The notes beneath the pieces were generated by a model, which searched no databases, was not told the origin of the DNA, and saw only the letters and a program-made list of their open reading frames with translations. A program made the translations under genes and the position numbers. This document shows positions 49,562-59,564 of a stretch of 64,000 bases of DNA, piece after piece. Source of the DNA: Patescibacteria group bacterium (GTDB lineage Bacteria; Patescibacteriota; Microgenomatia; UBA10105; UBA927); contig JBMOPU010000033.1 in the NCBI GenBank assembly GCA_049322955.1, forward strand, positions 784 to 64,783, given 5' to 3'. Position 1 is the first letter of the stretch. Each line of letters begins with the position of its first letter.

Positions 49562-49828
49562 TTATCCTTGCCAATCGGCGACGCCTCGTGTCGTGGGTCG
49601 GGTATCCCCGCACGGGAGTAGCTCGCTTACCGGGACAATCCGTACGGGTACTGCCTGAGAATACAGCTTTTTTCGTCGGGTAAAACCGCGCAGAGACATA
49701 TCAATGGAGTGATTTTGGATAAGCACCCGCGCATTTTCCCCCTCGGTAGTAATGAGCGTCACGTCATAGACGTTGCCGTCGATCGGGAGCCGATATGTTT
49801 TTCCGATAGTCAGTTGTTCACGATTCAT
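49562..49828 (-). CDS. small hypothetical protein between the attenuator and metG
   Basis: 88-aa ORF (alternative start 49879), beta-strand-rich. Confidence 0.5.
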   Translation of the reverse strand: MNREQLTIGKTYRLPIDGNVYDVTLITTEGENARVLIQNHSIDMSLRGFTRRKKLYSQAVPVRIVPVSELLPCGDTRPTTRGVADWQG

Positions 49829-49910
49829 ATGCGATACTTGCACCCGTTCATAGCGGGATTGGCGGTCGGATGCCCGCATAAATTGCCATTCATCCGGCTA
49901 CCGACGCAAC

Positions 49911-49935
49911 AAAAAAACCCCGCCTGGCGGGGTTT
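49911..49935 (-). terminator. attenuator terminator hairpin
   Basis: Minus strand aaaccccgc-cag-gcggggttt continuing as a T7 tract. Confidence 0.85.
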
Positions 49936-49959
49936 GTTTTTTCCATGAGCAAACCTCCG

Positions 49960-50004
49960 TCAGCCGGATTTGTTTGCCATCATCATGGAAATGATGTGTG
50001 TCAT
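49960..50004 (-). CDS. Met-rich leader peptide MTHIISMMMANKSG
   Basis: ATG ACA CAC ATC ATT TCC ATG ATG ATG GCA AAC AAA TCC GGC TGA; TGgTATAGT extended -10 at 50014-50022; terminator follows. Confidence 0.75.
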   Translation of the reverse strand: MTHIISMMMANKSG

Positions 50005-50037
50005 GTTCACGTAACTATACCACAACGTACGATGAAT

Positions 50038-50358
50038 TCAAGCCGTCGTATCCTTCCAAAGGTATTCCAGTGCGATCACGCACGCGATCATAAGCAGAAA
50101 ATACAGGGGATGTTTGAGACCGAGCATTCGGAGAATAAAATAGAGAACAACGCTTCCGGCACCGACAAGCGAGCGACGCACACTGCCGCCGATGTAGAGG
50201 GAAAAGAGCATCGTTGCCGCGGCAAGCAGGAAAAAAAATACGCCGATAGAGACATATGAGGAAGGAGGCATGACGTTCACAAACGCCGACAGAAGGATAA
50301 GCGCGCTTACCGCAAAAAACAGATGGAGCGGATTTTTGGATTTTCGGATTCTCTCCAT
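50038..50358 (-). CDS. small 4-TM membrane protein
   Basis: Four hydrophobic segments in 106 aa. Confidence 0.7.
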   Translation of the reverse strand: MERIRKSKNPLHLFFAVSALILLSAFVNVMPPSSYVSIGVFFFLLAAATMLFSLYIGGSVRRSLVGAGSVVLYFILRMLGLKHPLYFLLMIACVIALEYLWKDTTA

Positions 50359-50405
50359 ACATTTATTGTAGGTGAGTTTATGAGCGTGCTACAATGGGTG
50401 CGATC

Positions 50406-51431
50406 ATGAGCCCCGATTTTTTTATCCTTATTGCCGTCATTGTCGTCGGATTCGGAGTGCTCACGTACCTTGTCAAAAAAGAGCTTTCCGGTTTGAGCGG
50501 GAAGCGGGATGACATAACCCTCACCGAGTGGCTCAAGTCCATGCAGGCATCAATCGAAAATACGAACAAGGTGCTCAATGAGGCGATGCGCGGACAAACA
50601 ACCGATGTGAGCCGTCTTCTTCAGGCAAACACGAAGGAGCTCAATGAGCGGCTTGATATGGCAACAAAGGTCATCGGTGACCTGAAACAGAACCTGGGCG
50701 AAATGTCTGAGGTGGGCAAAGGAATACGGAGTCTTCAGGAATTCTTGCAGTCCCCGAAACTTCGCGGAAATATAGGGGAGCAGGTACTGCAGGATATGAT
50801 CGGCCAGACATTCCCCAAAAATTCATTTCACCTTCAATACGCATTTAAGAGCGGTATGAAAGTTGATGCGGTGTTAAAAACCGATGCGGGACTTCTGTGT
50901 GTCGATTCCAAATTTCCCATGGAGAATTTTACGAAAATGCATAAAGGCCCTACGGAAGCCGAACGGCATCAGGCCAAAAAGGATTTTCTCTCCGACGTAA
51001 AAAAACATGTAACGGATATAAGCCGCAAGTATATATTGCCGGAAGAAGGCACGATGGATTTTGCGCTCATGTATATCCCATCGGAGGGCGTGTATTACGA
51101 AATGGCCAATATGGAGGAGCTCATGGATTATGCGAGGAAACTCCGCGTGTATCCCGTTTCTCCCAACACGCTGTATGCGCATTTACAGGTATTGCTCCTT
51201 TCCTTTCAGGGAAAAGATTTGGAGCAAAAATCCCGACGGTTATTTCAACTGCTTCGCGGTATTCAAAAGGACTACGCGAAAATCGAGGAGGGGTTGGGTA
51301 CGCTCGGAAAACACATCAATAACGCATATAACTCCATGGGAAGTGTTTCCGGATCGTTTTCACTGCTCGGACAGAAATTAACGCAGACCCAGGCATTGGA
51401 AGCGGATGAAGAGGAAAAAAAACTGACATAA
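50406..51431 (+). CDS. rmuC: DNA recombination protein RmuC
   Basis: TM and coiled coil; KLRGNIGE, VDSKFP, DFALMYIPSEGVY. Confidence 0.92.
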   Translation: MSPDFFILIAVIVVGFGVLTYLVKKELSGLSGKRDDITLTEWLKSMQASIENTNKVLNEAMRGQTTDVSRLLQANTKELNERLDMATKVIGDLKQNLGEMSEVGKGIRSLQEFLQSPKLRGNIGEQVLQDMIGQTFPKNSFHLQYAFKSGMKVDAVLKTDAGLLCVDSKFPMENFTKMHKGPTEAERHQAKKDFLSDVKKHVTDISRKYILPEEGTMDFALMYIPSEGVYYEMANMEELMDYARKLRVYPVSPNTLYAHLQVLLLSFQGKDLEQKSRRLFQLLRGIQKDYAKIEEGLGTLGKHINNAYNSMGSVSGSFSLLGQKLTQTQALEADEEEKKLT

Positions 51432-51435
51432 CTCT

Positions 51436-51981
51436 ATGAAAAACGCGCTGATTCTTCACGGTACGGCAAATAATCACACCGGCAATTGGTTTCCGTGGTT
51501 AACCCGTGAACTTGAAAAACAGGGCTATCGGGTCTTTTGCCCTGACCTTCCGCAAGCAGAGCGACCGAATATCGGGCGATACACAGAATATATCCTTTCA
51601 AACTGGCGCTTTGATAATGAATCGATCATTGTCGGACATTCGTCGGGGGCGGTGGAAATCTTGGGATTACTTCCCCAAATCCCCAAAGATGTCGTTATTG
51701 CAAAAGCGATTTTGGTTGCGGGATTTACTGATTCGCTGGGAGATACCAAGTCCGAGCTTTTTTTAACTCCTTTTGATTATCCGGCAATCAGAAAGAAAGC
51801 AAGAAAATTCATATTTTTTCATTCGGACACCGATCCGTACGTACCCCTTTCTCACGGAGAAAAACTGCATGCGCTACTGGGAGGCGAGCTTATTATCGTC
51901 AGGGATCAGGGGCATTTTAATTTGGAAAAGGGTCCGCAGTATAAAGAGTTTCCGATGCTTCTCGAAAAGATACTTGAGTAA
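51436..51981 (+). CDS. RBBP9/YdeN family serine hydrolase
   Basis: LHG...NWFPWL, GHSSG, SDTDPYV, GHFN. Confidence 0.9.
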   Translation: MKNALILHGTANNHTGNWFPWLTRELEKQGYRVFCPDLPQAERPNIGRYTEYILSNWRFDNESIIVGHSSGAVEILGLLPQIPKDVVIAKAILVAGFTDSLGDTKSELFLTPFDYPAIRKKARKFIFFHSDTDPYVPLSHGEKLHALLGGELIIVRDQGHFNLEKGPQYKEFPMLLEKILE

Positions 51982-51999
51982 GTCTATAATGTCCACACC

Positions 52000-54945
52000 A
52001 TGGCAAGTGTCCCTCAAGCCAGTAAAAAACTCAACGCACAACAGCAGGACGCGGTAACGTTTGGTGAAGGCCCGCTCCTCATTATCGCGGGTGCAGGGAC
52101 CGGCAAAACCACCGTCGTTACGGAACGCATTAAACACCTGATCGGTACCGGCAAGGCGCTTCCCTCGGAAATACTCGCCCTTACGTTCACCGAGAAGGCC
52201 GCAAAAGAAATGGAAGAGCGCGTGGATGTCATCATGCCGTACGGATATACCAACATGTGGATATCCACTTTTCATAAATTTTGCGATCGCTTGCTTCGCC
52301 AGGAGGCTATTCATGTCGGCTTAAACCCCGCATATCGGCTCATGACCGATACGGATGCGACAATGCTTTTCCGAAGCCGGTTATATGATTTTCATCTCGA
52401 GTATTTCCGCCCGCTGGGAAACCCCAACAAATTCATAAAAGGAATGCTCCAGCATATATCGCGGCTTCAGGATGAAGACATATCGCCGGAAACCTACAAG
52501 GCGTGGGTACAAAAGCGGGAAAAAAATGCAAAGGAGGAAGAGGAAATTCAGGAAGCGGCAAAATACCGTGAGCTTGCCGATACCTACGAAGCCTACCAGT
52601 TACTCAAGATACGGGAAGGGCTCATGGATTTCGGCGATCTCATCACCCAAACATTGGGGTTGCTTCGTAGCAGGAAAAATATCCTGAACTTTTATCAAAA
52701 ACAATTTAAATATATTTTGGTGGATGAATTTCAGGATACGAATATCGCGCAAAATGAACTGGTCTCATTGTTATCGGGGAAACTTCAAAACATCACCGCC
52801 GTTTGTGACGATGATCAGAGTATTTATAAATTCAGAGGTGCCGCGGTATCGAATGTACTGAGTTTTCGAAAAAATTTTCCCAAGGCAAAGCTTATTGTGT
52901 TAAGTCAGAATTACCGCTCCTCACAGGCGATTCTTGATGCGAGTTATCAGCTTATTCAAAACAATAATCCCGACCGGTTGGAAATCAAAGAACACATCAA
53001 TAAAAAACTTACGGCGAACAGGGATGCCGCCGCGGTATGGCCGATGCTTATCTACGCGGACCGGGTCGAAAATGAAGCGGATGAAGTGGCCAAAAAAATA
53101 AGATCGCTTACCACCTCAGGTGATCACACCAACACGTACGAATGGAAGGACATTGCCATCTTAGTGCGCGCCAATAATCATGCGGAGCCATTCGTTCGCG
53201 CGTTTATGCGTCATGGAATTCCGTATCAATTTTTGGGTCCGGGGCAATTATTCCGACAGCCGGAAATAAAAGATCTGATAGCGTATCTTCAGGTTATTCA
53301 TAATTTTGAGGATAACGTTGCCCTGTTTCGTATTTACTCGATGAAATACTTTGCCATGAACGCCCGCGATATTGCCGCGGTTACCCTGTTTGCCAAAAAA
53401 CAGAATATGTCCCTTTTCGAAGCGAGTGAAATAATTGCCGGGGTCAGCCGCCGCGAAGGGATAACGCCCCCGGAAATTGACGAGGATACGGTGGCCAAGA
53501 TCACATCGCTCATCACCATGATCCGTAAGCATTTGGGGTTGGTAACGCAGGAAAGCGCCGGGCAAATACTTTTTTACTTTCTTTCAGATACCGGCATGCT
53601 GAAGAATATTCTGGACTATAGTGCACCGATCGATGAAAAAATCGCGGGCAATATTTCCAAGTTTTTCAGCAAACTCAAAACCTATGAAACGGATCATGAT
53701 GACGCCAGCGTTACCGCGGTTCTCGACTGGATTGAATTATCCATGGATTTGGGGGAATCCCCGCTTTCGGGAGACACAGACTGGACGGCCAATAACGCCG
53801 TCAATATTCTGTCGGTACACGGTTCGAAAGGTCTCGAGTTTCCCGTCGTGTTTTTGGTGAACATGGTATCGGCCCGGTTTCCGACTACCGAGCGCAGGGA
53901 AACGATCCCCATCCCCGAGGCGCTTATAAAAGAAGAGTTACCGGAAGGAGATTATCATCTTCAGGAAGAACGGCGGCTTTGTTATGTCGGTATGACCCGG
54001 GCACGGGATCTTTTGTATTTGACCGGCGCAAACTATTACGGTGAAGGAAAGCGTGAGAAAAAACTTTCACCGTTTGTCTATGAAGTAATACGTACGGCTT
54101 CCATCATTCCTCCTCATGAACAACCCCAACAAATTCCGCTTCTTGATTGGAAAAAAGACGAACGGGAACAGACAAATGAACCGTCGTCATCTCCCGTTGT
54201 CGTCACCTATCTCTCCTATTCGCAGATAGAAACATTCCGCCTGTGTCCGTTGCACTACAAACTCCGCTATCTCCTTCATATCCCGACGCCGCCGTCCGCT
54301 TCGTCTTCATTCGGCACGAGTATTCATAACGCATTATTTGATTTTTACTCCCTGCATGCGAAAGGCACGAAAGTCACAAAGAAACTTCTTTTGGAATTGC
54401 TGGATACGCGATGGAAACACGAAGGCTATGAAACAAAGGCAAGGGAAGCGTTGCTTCGCAAAAAAGGTGAAGCGTATCTTGCCGACTATTATACGAGCCA
54501 ATTTGACCCCGATACCGTTGTTGCCGCGCTCGAACAGCCTTTTACCGTCCCGGTGGAAAACGACGGGCGATCGGTGAGTATCGGCGGAAAAATTGACAGG
54601 ATTGATGTTCTTCCGGACGGAAAAATAGAAATTATCGATTACAAAACGGGAAGGATGCCGAGCAAAAGAGAAGTGGATGCGAATCTTCAGCTTTCCATCT
54701 ACGCGCTTGCGGCAAGTTCGATACCCGGTTTGCCGTTCGGGAAAAAGAGCGAGGATATCACGCTTTCATTATATTTTTTCGACACGAAAACAAAAATATC
54801 GACGATAAGAACCGTCGAGCAACTTGCCGTGGAACGTGCAACCATCATCAACATCGCAAAACAAATCGAAACATCCGATTTCCGGTGTTCAGGAAACTTA
54901 CTGTGTAAAGAATGCGAATATCGGATGTTTTGCGGTATCACGTAA
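52000..54945 (+). CDS. UvrD/PcrA-family helicase fused to a C-terminal PD-(D/E)XK nuclease with Cys ligands (AdnA/B- or AddB-like)
   Basis: AGAGTGKT, VDEFQD, HGSKGLEF, EERRLCYVGMTRA; SYSQ..CP, GKIDRID, IIDYKTG, C..C.Y...C. Confidence 0.92.
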   Translation: MASVPQASKKLNAQQQDAVTFGEGPLLIIAGAGTGKTTVVTERIKHLIGTGKALPSEILALTFTEKAAKEMEERVDVIMPYGYTNMWISTFHKFCDRLLRQEAIHVGLNPAYRLMTDTDATMLFRSRLYDFHLEYFRPLGNPNKFIKGMLQHISRLQDEDISPETYKAWVQKREKNAKEEEEIQEAAKYRELADTYEAYQLLKIREGLMDFGDLITQTLGLLRSRKNILNFYQKQFKYILVDEFQDTNIAQNELVSLLSGKLQNITAVCDDDQSIYKFRGAAVSNVLSFRKNFPKAKLIVLSQNYRSSQAILDASYQLIQNNNPDRLEIKEHINKKLTANRDAAAVWPMLIYADRVENEADEVAKKIRSLTTSGDHTNTYEWKDIAILVRANNHAEPFVRAFMRHGIPYQFLGPGQLFRQPEIKDLIAYLQVIHNFEDNVALFRIYSMKYFAMNARDIAAVTLFAKKQNMSLFEASEIIAGVSRREGITPPEIDEDTVAKITSLITMIRKHLGLVTQESAGQILFYFLSDTGMLKNILDYSAPIDEKIAGNISKFFSKLKTYETDHDDASVTAVLDWIELSMDLGESPLSGDTDWTANNAVNILSVHGSKGLEFPVVFLVNMVSARFPTTERRETIPIPEALIKEELPEGDYHLQEERRLCYVGMTRARDLLYLTGANYYGEGKREKKLSPFVYEVIRTASIIPPHEQPQQIPLLDWKKDEREQTNEPSSSPVVVTYLSYSQIETFRLCPLHYKLRYLLHIPTPPSASSSFGTSIHNALFDFYSLHAKGTKVTKKLLLELLDTRWKHEGYETKAREALLRKKGEAYLADYYTSQFDPDTVVAALEQPFTVPVENDGRSVSIGGKIDRIDVLPDGKIEIIDYKTGRMPSKREVDANLQLSIYALAASSIPGLPFGKKSEDITLSLYFFDTKTKISTIRTVEQLAVERATIINIAKQIETSDFRCSGNLLCKECEYRMFCGIT

Positions 54946-54951
54946 CCGGTT

Positions 54952-55779
54952 CTAACCCGGGAGGGGATAATACAGCGTTTCTCCTCCGAACCCCTCTTTG
55001 AATTTGGTGAAGCCTTTCCATTCGGTATTTTTGTTCGCAATCCGTTCATCCCATACGCCGACAAAATCGAAAAAATTCATTTTTCGTTGTCTGGCCAGTT
55101 TGATAGCCTCCCATACCAAAAGCGTCGGGGCAAACAGCTTCTTTCCTCGTCTGGTGGCGCCCGCTATCCAGTAATAGCCGATACGGTTACAAAAGAGCAT
55201 GAGTACGGTTCCCACCGCAGTACCCTTCGAATCGTACGCAAAAAGAATCGCTTTATTTTTTTGGGGGAGAATTGCCCAGAGTTTGGTAATCCCCGTGGTG
55301 GTAATAAATCCCAATAATCCCGCAGACCTGTTTTTCAATCGAACCATTGCCCGGATGTCCTCGGAAATCCCGATACGCACTCCCGCTTTCAGCGCTCGTC
55401 GAACCGCCCGCCGTTTTGCCTCACTCAATTGCGAAAACAATGCGTCTTCGGATCCGGACAGTGGTATGCGTATTGTTTTCGAGGGAATATAGGGATCGGT
55501 ATTGACGGTCATATCTTTCGCCATCGATTTTGTCCATCGGGTCAGATCGGCTTGCCGTACCCGGCTGTCCGGTTCGATAACGAGCGTCCTCACTCCGTAC
55601 GACTGGAGGAGTCGCAGTACTTTTTTGCGATCGGGGAGTTTGATACACCGCTGGATTTTGGCGATCCCGCCGAAAATCCAAAACGGTTTGATAAAAATAA
55701 AACAACCGTCCAACGACTCCACTTTCCATCCCAACGAACGGATATACTTTGCATACAGCGGTGATTGTTGAATTTCCAT
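54952..55779 (-). CDS. FemABX family peptidoglycan peptidyltransferase
   Basis: QQSPLY, RRAVRRA, APTLLVWEAI, FDFVG, GFTKFKEGFGG. Confidence 0.85.
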   Translation of the reverse strand: MEIQQSPLYAKYIRSLGWKVESLDGCFIFIKPFWIFGGIAKIQRCIKLPDRKKVLRLLQSYGVRTLVIEPDSRVRQADLTRWTKSMAKDMTVNTDPYIPSKTIRIPLSGSEDALFSQLSEAKRRAVRRALKAGVRIGISEDIRAMVRLKNRSAGLLGFITTTGITKLWAILPQKNKAILFAYDSKGTAVGTVLMLFCNRIGYYWIAGATRRGKKLFAPTLLVWEAIKLARQRKMNFFDFVGVWDERIANKNTEWKGFTKFKEGFGGETLYYPLPG

Positions 55780-55787
55780 AATGCTCC

Positions 55788-56774
55788 TTACGAAGACCGT
55801 TTGAGGAAAAACCAGCGGACGGTATCGATTACCGTATAGAGTCGGTAAAGGAATGGCGATATGACAAGGTCAAATGATCCGGCATAGGTGACGTGGCGCG
55901 GGCGAAACCCCTGTTTAAACCGATGAAAGCCGAACCAAGGGTCATTGGAATCGGGATGTTCTCCGAGTGCACCCCATAAATCAAACGCTTCATACCCTTC
56001 CTTCTTTGCCCAACGGGCAATTTCCCACAGTAAGAGGGTGGGTGCCATCACTTCCCGATGCAGTCTGCTTGATGCGCCGTACGGATAATAAACGGTTTTG
56101 TTCCAGCAAAAAAGCACCCAGGCGGCAAGAACCTCACCCTGATACCGTGCGGTAAAAAGCTTGGCAATCCCCGCTTTGGATAACGTATCCCACATGGTTT
56201 GGTGGTAAGCGGAGTTGTGTGCATAAAATCCCTGGCGGGATGTCGTCTCCGCGCTGAGTCGCAGATACTCGTGAAACGCTTCGGGTGATGAATCCTGGGT
56301 TACCGTAACGCCGTGTTTTTGTGCAACCTTCAGGTTATACCGCGTTTTGGGGTGCATTGCGGCAAGGAGCTCGCTTTCCGTTTTCGTTAAGTCCAATATG
56401 AATGAGTGAGGAGTAAAAAGGGGATGATGGGACGGAACCAATAATGGAGCATCGGAGGGAGGGACGAACGCGTGTTTTTCGACGTCGGGTTCAAGCTGGA
56501 TATAGATCGCTTTTTTTCCCTTCCCGAGTTTAGTGAGCGTTGCTAGCATTGTCGACGTTATAGCGGGTCCCTTCGGAAAATATCCGACGGTAAAGGGAAG
56601 ATACGGCAATTTATGAAAGGTGAGTTGCCAATTGTGTATGCGCGTTACATCGATGCCCATACGTTCACGGAAGACACCCCATTGCCAGCTTTGTAGCGGG
56701 TGGGTAACCCGTGCATTCCATGCGGTGATTTCCGTAGAAAGCAGATCTGCGGGGGGCTTTTTGGCTATCGGCAT
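55788..56774 (-). CDS. FemABX family peptidoglycan peptidyltransferase
   Basis: HPLQSWQWG, KTRYNL, YYPYGAS, FDLWG, GFHRFKQGF. Confidence 0.9.
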   Translation of the reverse strand: MPIAKKPPADLLSTEITAWNARVTHPLQSWQWGVFRERMGIDVTRIHNWQLTFHKLPYLPFTVGYFPKGPAITSTMLATLTKLGKGKKAIYIQLEPDVEKHAFVPPSDAPLLVPSHHPLFTPHSFILDLTKTESELLAAMHPKTRYNLKVAQKHGVTVTQDSSPEAFHEYLRLSAETTSRQGFYAHNSAYHQTMWDTLSKAGIAKLFTARYQGEVLAAWVLFCWNKTVYYPYGASSRLHREVMAPTLLLWEIARWAKKEGYEAFDLWGALGEHPDSNDPWFGFHRFKQGFRPRHVTYAGSFDLVISPFLYRLYTVIDTVRWFFLKRSS

Positions 56775-56818
56775 ATCCGTATTATCGCGCTTTTACGCAT
56801 GTGGTACAATATTTACCG

Positions 56819-57013
56819 ATGAAGGTGCAAAGGAAAAATACGAAAGAACAATCCGTCGGTTGGTTGCCAATTGATAGTCGTTTAATTTCTCCGTTAATTT
56901 CTTTCAGTCATGTCAAAGGGATAGCAAAATTGTTTCTTGTGGTGGAAATGATATTTGCGTTAAGCGTCGTGTTAGGTACCTTCGTCATTCTTCTTTTTCA
57001 CTTCGCCGTTTAA
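56819..57013 (+). CDS. small membrane protein
   Basis: TGgTACAAT 8 nt before ATG; C-terminal TM. Confidence 0.4.
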   Translation: MKVQRKNTKEQSVGWLPIDSRLISPLISFSHVKGIAKLFLVVEMIFALSVVLGTFVILLFHFAV

Positions 57014-58854
57014 AAAAACACATCCTCGTCCCTATATCCGCGGTCAGCGGACATAGATACTTGCATGTCCATCGCATGCTCAGGAATATCCGCGATGAAC
57101 CGGGATATGGTATTTTGTGTCCGTTGTCCGAAAAACAATCGACGGTTTGCAAACGTAAGATAGAGTTTTTCCTTTGCCCGGGTAATGCCCACGTAGCACA
57201 GACGACGTTCTTCCTCGAGCTCATCTTTTTCCATAAGCGCCCTGCTATGGGGAAAAATTCCTTCTTCCATGCCGACGATCGCCACGATGGGAAATTCCAA
57301 ACCTTTCGCGGCATGGAGTGTCATGAGGGTGACCGCCTGGCGATTTTTTCCCATCTCCTTGACCGAGCGGGGAACATACTCCTGTTCGACAAGTGCGACA
57401 TTTTCAAGAAATTCGGTAATATCGGGAAACTCGGTCGCCACCGAACGGAGTTCCTTTATATTTTCCAATCGGGAAAATTCCTCCTCCACTTTGGCGTCAT
57501 ATAGATCGAGATATCCGGTGGCGTCCAGCGTTGTATCGAGCAACGCAAGCGTCGTGGTGCCCTTACTGTCAGAGTCTGTTTTATAGCGTTGGGCAAAATC
57601 GAGAAATTTCGATAACCTTCCTTTTCCCAATTTTTCAATCCGATGATAGGAAACCGTATCTTTCGGATTCACCAATACCCGAAGGTAAGAAAGCACGTCC
57701 TTAATTTCCTTCCGTTCATAAAATCGAGTCCCGCCGACGAGGGTGTACGGAACTCCCGCGTGAAGCAACGCCTCTTCAAGAACACGCGATTGCGCGTTAG
57801 TGCGGTACAGGATCGCAAAATGCGAGAACGGTTTTCCCGATCGGAGAATAGTCTGAATGAGGTAGGTCGCTTCATCCTGTTCATTCCGTGCCTCATACAG
57901 CGTGATCATTTCTCCCGATGCTTTTTCCGTCCACAACTTCAGTACGGGATGTGAAGTGTTTTTGGCGATTACCCCGTGGGCGGCATCGAGTATCGTTTGG
58001 GTTGATCGATAGTTTTGTTCCAAATGGAAAACCGTAACGTCAGGATAATCGTTTTTGAAATTTGTTATGTTACGGAAATCGGCGCCCCGCCAACGATAGA
58101 TTGATTGCGACGCATCGCCGACCACGCAGATATTACGCCATCGTTTTGAGAGTATCTTCGTCAACATATATTGTGCTTTGTTCGTATCCTGATATTCATC
58201 GACGAGCACGTAATGATATTTTTCCTGATATTTTCCCGCGACTTCCGGATATTTTTGAAAGAGCAAAACGGTTTTTGCGAGCATATCATCGAAATCAAGC
58301 GCCTCGTTGGTGAGGAGGAGTTTTTGATACCCAAGATAGACGCGGGCGACGGTTTCCTGAAAATTGCCCCGTGCATACGTGGGGTATTCAAGAGCGGTGA
58401 TAAGTTCGTTTTTTGCCTGTGATATGGTGGAAAGGACGGCGCGCGGATTATACAGCTTCGTCGAAATATCCAGTTGTTGCATGACTTCCTTGATCGCGTC
58501 AATCTGATCCTGGTCGTCGTAAATAACAAAGCTGGGTGAAATACCGATATGGTGGCCGTCGATACGAAGTATTTTGGCGCATAGCGCATGAAACGTTCCG
58601 GCAAACGGCAATTCCCGATCCGCAATAAGCGCACGAATCCGCTCTTTCATTTCTTTTGCCGCCTTGTTGGTGAAGGTGACCATCAGTATGTTGTGCGGGG
58701 AAACATGTTTTTTTGCGATAAGGTAGGCAACCCTGCAGGTAAGCACCCGTGTTTTTCCACTGCCGGCGCCCGCAAGGATAAGAACCGCGCCATCCGTGTG
58801 CGTTACCGCGGCCTGTTGCGCGGCGTTTAAATCATTGAGGAGATCGTCGATCAT
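57010..58854 (-). CDS. pcrA: ATP-dependent DNA helicase PcrA/UvrD
   Basis: AGAGSGKT, VDEYQDTN, QNYRST, YRTNAQSR, HAAKGLEF, EERRLCYVGITRA. Confidence 0.95.
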   Translation of the reverse strand: MIDDLLNDLNAAQQAAVTHTDGAVLILAGAGSGKTRVLTCRVAYLIAKKHVSPHNILMVTFTNKAAKEMKERIRALIADRELPFAGTFHALCAKILRIDGHHIGISPSFVIYDDQDQIDAIKEVMQQLDISTKLYNPRAVLSTISQAKNELITALEYPTYARGNFQETVARVYLGYQKLLLTNEALDFDDMLAKTVLLFQKYPEVAGKYQEKYHYVLVDEYQDTNKAQYMLTKILSKRWRNICVVGDASQSIYRWRGADFRNITNFKNDYPDVTVFHLEQNYRSTQTILDAAHGVIAKNTSHPVLKLWTEKASGEMITLYEARNEQDEATYLIQTILRSGKPFSHFAILYRTNAQSRVLEEALLHAGVPYTLVGGTRFYERKEIKDVLSYLRVLVNPKDTVSYHRIEKLGKGRLSKFLDFAQRYKTDSDSKGTTTLALLDTTLDATGYLDLYDAKVEEEFSRLENIKELRSVATEFPDITEFLENVALVEQEYVPRSVKEMGKNRQAVTLMTLHAAKGLEFPIVAIVGMEEGIFPHSRALMEKDELEEERRLCYVGITRAKEKLYLTFANRRLFFGQRTQNTISRFIADIPEHAMDMQVSMSADRGYRDEDVFF

Positions 58855-58872
58855 AGACTATAATAGTAGCAT

Positions 58873-59553
58873 ATGAAAAAGCTTTTCATTTTGGGTAATT
58901 GGAAGTCCAATAAAACGCTTTCCGAAGCAAAATCGTGGCTTGCTGATGTTGACCGAACATTCCCCGCTCTTCCTCCCCATGTTACCGTCATCGTTTGTCC
59001 GAATTTTCTCGCTCTTCCTCTTTTTGCCGAAAAAACACACGGTTTTTCGGTCGGCGCACAGGATATCTCACCGTATGAAACCGGTGCCTATACGGGGGAA
59101 ATCGCCGCAGACATGGCGAAATCACTCGTCAGTCATGTCATGATCGGACACTCGGAGCGACGCAAGTACTTCGGTGAGACCGATGAGACGGTGGCGGAAA
59201 AGACAAAACGGGCGATAGCGGCAGGTATTATTCCGATCGTGTGTGTCTCGGCGATTGATCAGGTACAAGCGCTTGCAGTACTCGCTCCCGAATTTTCCGG
59301 GAAGGGGATATTTTTGTATGAGCCGCTGTTTGCCATAGGGTCAGGCAAATCGGACTCCCCGGAAAACGCCGATCGAGTGGCGGGTGATATCGCCGCACTT
59401 TTCCCGACGGTGCCTATTATGTACGGCGGCAGTGTCACCGCGGAAAACGTCAAAGGGTTTATCAACGCGACGCATTTGTCGGGGGTCGGAGCCGGAGGAG
59501 CAAGCCTTACCCCGCATACATTTCTTGCGCTTATCACGTCGGTCATCGCATAA
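58873..59553 (+). CDS. tpiA: triosephosphate isomerase (short form)
   Basis: GNWK, GHSERR, YEPLFAIG, YGGSV, GGASL. Confidence 0.95.
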   Translation: MKKLFILGNWKSNKTLSEAKSWLADVDRTFPALPPHVTVIVCPNFLALPLFAEKTHGFSVGAQDISPYETGAYTGEIAADMAKSLVSHVMIGHSERRKYFGETDETVAEKTKRAIAAGIIPIVCVSAIDQVQALAVLAPEFSGKGIFLYEPLFAIGSGKSDSPENADRVAGDIAALFPTVPIMYGGSVTAENVKGFINATHLSGVGAGGASLTPHTFLALITSVIA

Positions 59554-59564
59554 CTTACTTTTCT

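Noticed and set aside
49522-50037. T-box or SAM riboswitch upstream of metG
   Set aside because: No T-box antiterminator bulge (UGGNACC), stem I motifs or S-box core found; the leader-peptide model explains the hairpins
49945-50259. 104-aa plus-strand ORF with a His-rich start
   Set aside because: It is the antisense reading of the ATG run and of a membrane-protein gene
54190-54945. Cas4 or CRISPR locus
   Set aside because: The nuclease is fused to a UvrD helicase, and no cas genes or repeat-spacer array are present in the window
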